Below, in pieces: positions 61,605 through 64,000 of a stretch of 64,000 nt of DNA. The stretch is from a bacterium (GTDB lineage Bacteria > SAR324 > NAC60-12). The notes below the pieces were generated by a model that saw only the letters and a program-made list of their open reading frames with translations, had not been told where the DNA came from and ran no database searches. The stretch covers positions 64,001 through 128,000 of the forward strand of contig CBDDTI010000747.1 of NCBI GenBank assembly GCA_965233585.1. The letters are read 5' to 3'. The translations under genes and the position numbers were made by a program. Every line of letters begins with the position of its first letter. Within the stretch, counting starts at the first letter, position 1.

Positions 61605-61725
61605 AATTTAACTCCTAAAAAATAAAATAATTAAACAAATCAATCATAACCATAAATTTATAAAAATCAAATTTTTTACCCTCTAAATCAAAATCCCTTT
61701 CATATTCTTGATGATTTAGAATAGA

Positions 61726-63018
61726 TTAAAAAGGGTTACCAAAAAAGGCAGTCAGTTGCTCGCCCTCTTCTCCTGTTGCATAATCCAAACGCAAGATGAC
61801 TCCGCCTAAAATGATACGGAAGCCAAGACCTGCTGAATATTTAAACTCTTTAAATTCTTGTGTTCTGGAGACACTTCCTACATCAAGAAAAGTGGCAAGT
61901 TGCAAAGCATTGAACAATCCCTTCTCAATCACCCAATCAAAATCCCGACTGCTTTCTGCAAAATAAAATCGGTATTCCATGCCAAAGAAGGCAGTGTTAG
62001 AGTCCCAAAACCTTCCGACTGGGTAGCTCCTTAAACGTCTGGCACCACCAAGAGTTGTTGACCCCATCGTGTCATTTTTTTCCAGCCTCAAATAACGGTC
62101 TATTCCTGCATTGTGAACTAAACAGAACTCAAGGGGTGTCATCGTTTCAGGGTCATATCCTTCTTCTTCCTCTTTGCCTGTCTCTATGTTTGAGATACAT
62201 TGATTGACGTCACGTTCTTGGTCGCTGCTAAAAAAACGATGGTCTTTTTGAGAAGACACGGCTTCAGAAAAAAAGAGATTATACACAAAAACATCTTGCT
62301 TGTTATTCATGTCAATAAAATGAGTCCATGAATAATCATTGATAGTGAAGTTAAAAACGTCTTCCATAAAACCTGATGTGTATTGTTCAAACCCTACGGT
62401 AAAGCCTTCTCGTGGGTCAACAGCATCGTCAGTATTGTCCCACTTCGCACCAGCTCGTTTGATGACGGGTTTAAACACATTCAGAATCTTGTACAGGTTA
62501 GCATCTTGACTCACAGCCTCTGAGAACGACTCAACTTTGCGTTCTTTGATAGATTTGACTTTGAAAACGTTGGCAGAATATCCAAAATAAAATTGCAACT
62601 GCCTTTCCCAAAAATACAGCGATAACTCTGCACCAAGTAGCTGTGAGCTTTCTAACTCAACATCAAGAATCGGTTCTTCAGAAGAATCTATCCCGCGGTC
62701 ATACATGGTAAACGTTCCTCTGTCTATCGTGGCTCCCGCAAACGAGAACGTAAAATGTTTTGTAAAAAGAGGAATATCAATCAATGCCACCGATGTAAAA
62801 TCCCATTCTCCCTGAATCTTCACCACCGAAAAATTGAAATCACTGTACAACCAACTAAAACCTGCACCATATCCTGTGCCAACACCGGGCACCGTGTAAA
62901 CAACAGGATAAAGAAAATATGAGACGTCGTCATTCTCTTTTGCTGGACGATCCACGATAATATCTGCAAAAGCACTGCTGACCACCAACAAATGAAACCA
63001 AAAAAATAAATATTTCAT
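61726..63018 (-). CDS. Omp85/BamA-TamA family outer-membrane protein (barrel only, no obvious POTRA)
   Basis: D...DPREG, LGGARRLRSYP.GRF (VRGY-like loop), EYRF, FLDVG, GLGFR, RLDYA, C-terminal Phe. Confidence 0.78.
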   Translation of the reverse strand: MKYLFFWFHLLVVSSAFADIIVDRPAKENDDVSYFLYPVVYTVPGVGTGYGAGFSWLYSDFNFSVVKIQGEWDFTSVALIDIPLFTKHFTFSFAGATIDRGTFTMYDRGIDSSEEPILDVELESSQLLGAELSLYFWERQLQFYFGYSANVFKVKSIKERKVESFSEAVSQDANLYKILNVFKPVIKRAGAKWDNTDDAVDPREGFTVGFEQYTSGFMEDVFNFTINDYSWTHFIDMNNKQDVFVYNLFFSEAVSSQKDHRFFSSDQERDVNQCISNIETGKEEEEGYDPETMTPLEFCLVHNAGIDRYLRLEKNDTMGSTTLGGARRLRSYPVGRFWDSNTAFFGMEYRFYFAESSRDFDWVIEKGLFNALQLATFLDVGSVSRTQEFKEFKYSAGLGFRIILGGVILRLDYATGEEGEQLTAFFGNPF

Positions 63019-63273
63019 CTAAGAATATCATTCAAATTAAGTTGATAGATTGAAGGACGCAAGAATTAACCTCTTTGGACAAAGAAAACCATTTAAACAC
63101 GAAAATTGAGCAAAGCAAGAATCAGCCCTTTTTTGAACAAAAAGCTGAAACAAAAAACTTTTAGAAATTGACCATCAAAAATATTGAAGACATCAATATA
63201 AAGTGATGAATTAAGAAATGCAATAATAATTACTTTTTAGTAAACTAAACTTAAAATAAAAAATATTAAAAAC

Positions 63274-63302
63274 TTGACATCATAAGAAACTTTTTTTAAA
63301 AT
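63274..63302 (+). promoter_or_regulatory. Sigma70-type promoter with AT-rich upstream tract
   Basis: TTGACA (63274-63279), 17-nt spacer, TAAAAT (63297-63302). Confidence 0.65.
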
Positions 63303-63347
63303 GCTCTGTTAAATAAATTTTTACCACCTTAACCAATGGTCTTTATT

Positions 63348-64000
63348 ATGAAGAAGTTTTTAGCTTGTGCAGTTTTGCCTTTGACTCTTGCTGCTTGTGG
63401 AGAAATAGCTGTGGAAGAAAAACAGACTGAAAAGCCTGAAGAAATAAAGGTCACAGAAGCAACCTATCATGTTTCAGACAATCTTTTAACGTTGGTAGGC
63501 TCAAACCTTGACCAAGCAACAGATAGTCAGATTGAAGACCTCAAACTCAGTTGGCAGTCTTTTCAAAAAGAGTTAACCGATGGTCAGTATTCTGCGACAG
63601 GAAACAATGAAGAAATAGCATCAGCAACAGATGCTGATGATTTGGAACAAGGTCAGTATGCTTATAGAGAGACTCACAAAGATCAACTATGGGTTAAACT
63701 TGCAAACAGCGATGCTTTGGCTTTTGAAGACTTTGCAGCGAATGAAATTTTGGAATTAGCTCAAGGCAATACTTCAGCAGTGAAGCTAGGCGTTGGTTCA
63801 AATGCTTGGGGAGGGTTAAGCACTGACGCTACCATGAAAGTCACTATCAGGTTAGGCAATCCCTCACCCAAAAAGAAGCCCTCCAATCCACCGAAACAAG
63901 AACTTAATCCTGAGATACCTCAAAAGAAACCTTCCAATCCTCCAAAACAACAATCTAGCCCCAAACAGTCTCAACCCAACAAGGCAAAGCCCCAAGCAAA
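63348..64000 (+). CDS. Hypothetical lipoprotein with Pro/Lys/Gln-rich linker (runs off window edge)
   Basis: Manual translation MKKFLACAVLPLTLAA-CGE (lipobox LAAC); the same frame near the edge reads KKPSNPPKQ twice. Not in the ORF track. Confidence 0.75.
   Translation, partial: MKKFLACAVLPLTLAACGEIAVEEKQTEKPEEIKVTEATYHVSDNLLTLVGSNLDQATDSQIEDLKLSWQSFQKELTDGQYSATGNNEEIASATDADDLEQGQYAYRETHKDQLWVKLANSDALAFEDFAANEILELAQGNTSAVKLGVGSNAWGGLSTDATMKVTIRLGNPSPKKKPSNPPKQELNPEIPQKKPSNPPKQQSSPKQSQPNKAKPQA

Noticed and set aside
63858..64000. KKPSNPPKQ duplicated low-complexity tract
   Set aside because: Ordinary Pro-rich linker, truncated by the window edge.

Overview
Bacterial chromosomal window, AT-rich by eye and Gram-negative (lpxD, Omp85-type protein, lipoproteins). 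Positions 1-35 kb are mostly housekeeping and envelope genes: lpxD, IHF, purM, an M23 peptidase-bactofilin pair, an Fe(III) ABC transporter, a frameshifted recO, PpiD, murJ, rnhA, plsC, carB, a membrane pyrophosphatase and three tRNAs, one being the uncommon tRNA-Arg(GCG). Positions 35.1-58.7 kb hold a LacI-associated catabolic cluster of unknown substrate: HisD/HpsN-like dehydrogenase, SDR, three SnoaL-like proteins, HpcH aldolase, alpha/beta hydrolase, cupin, TauE exporter and a sugar-type ABC transporter. It is interrupted by an orphan DNA methyltransferase and by a low-GC defence block: Type III mod, TIR-STAND NTPase, REP-associated tyrosine transposase (RAYT), Type III res. The most striking signal is that the GTAG-tagged REP palindromes are not intergenic. 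They sit in-frame inside the RAYT itself and inside the Mod methyltransferase, which also carries a second, unrelated palindrome doublet in-frame. The window ends with murG, a RelBE-like toxin-antitoxin pair and surface proteins. All family calls come from motif recognition only; no database searches were run.
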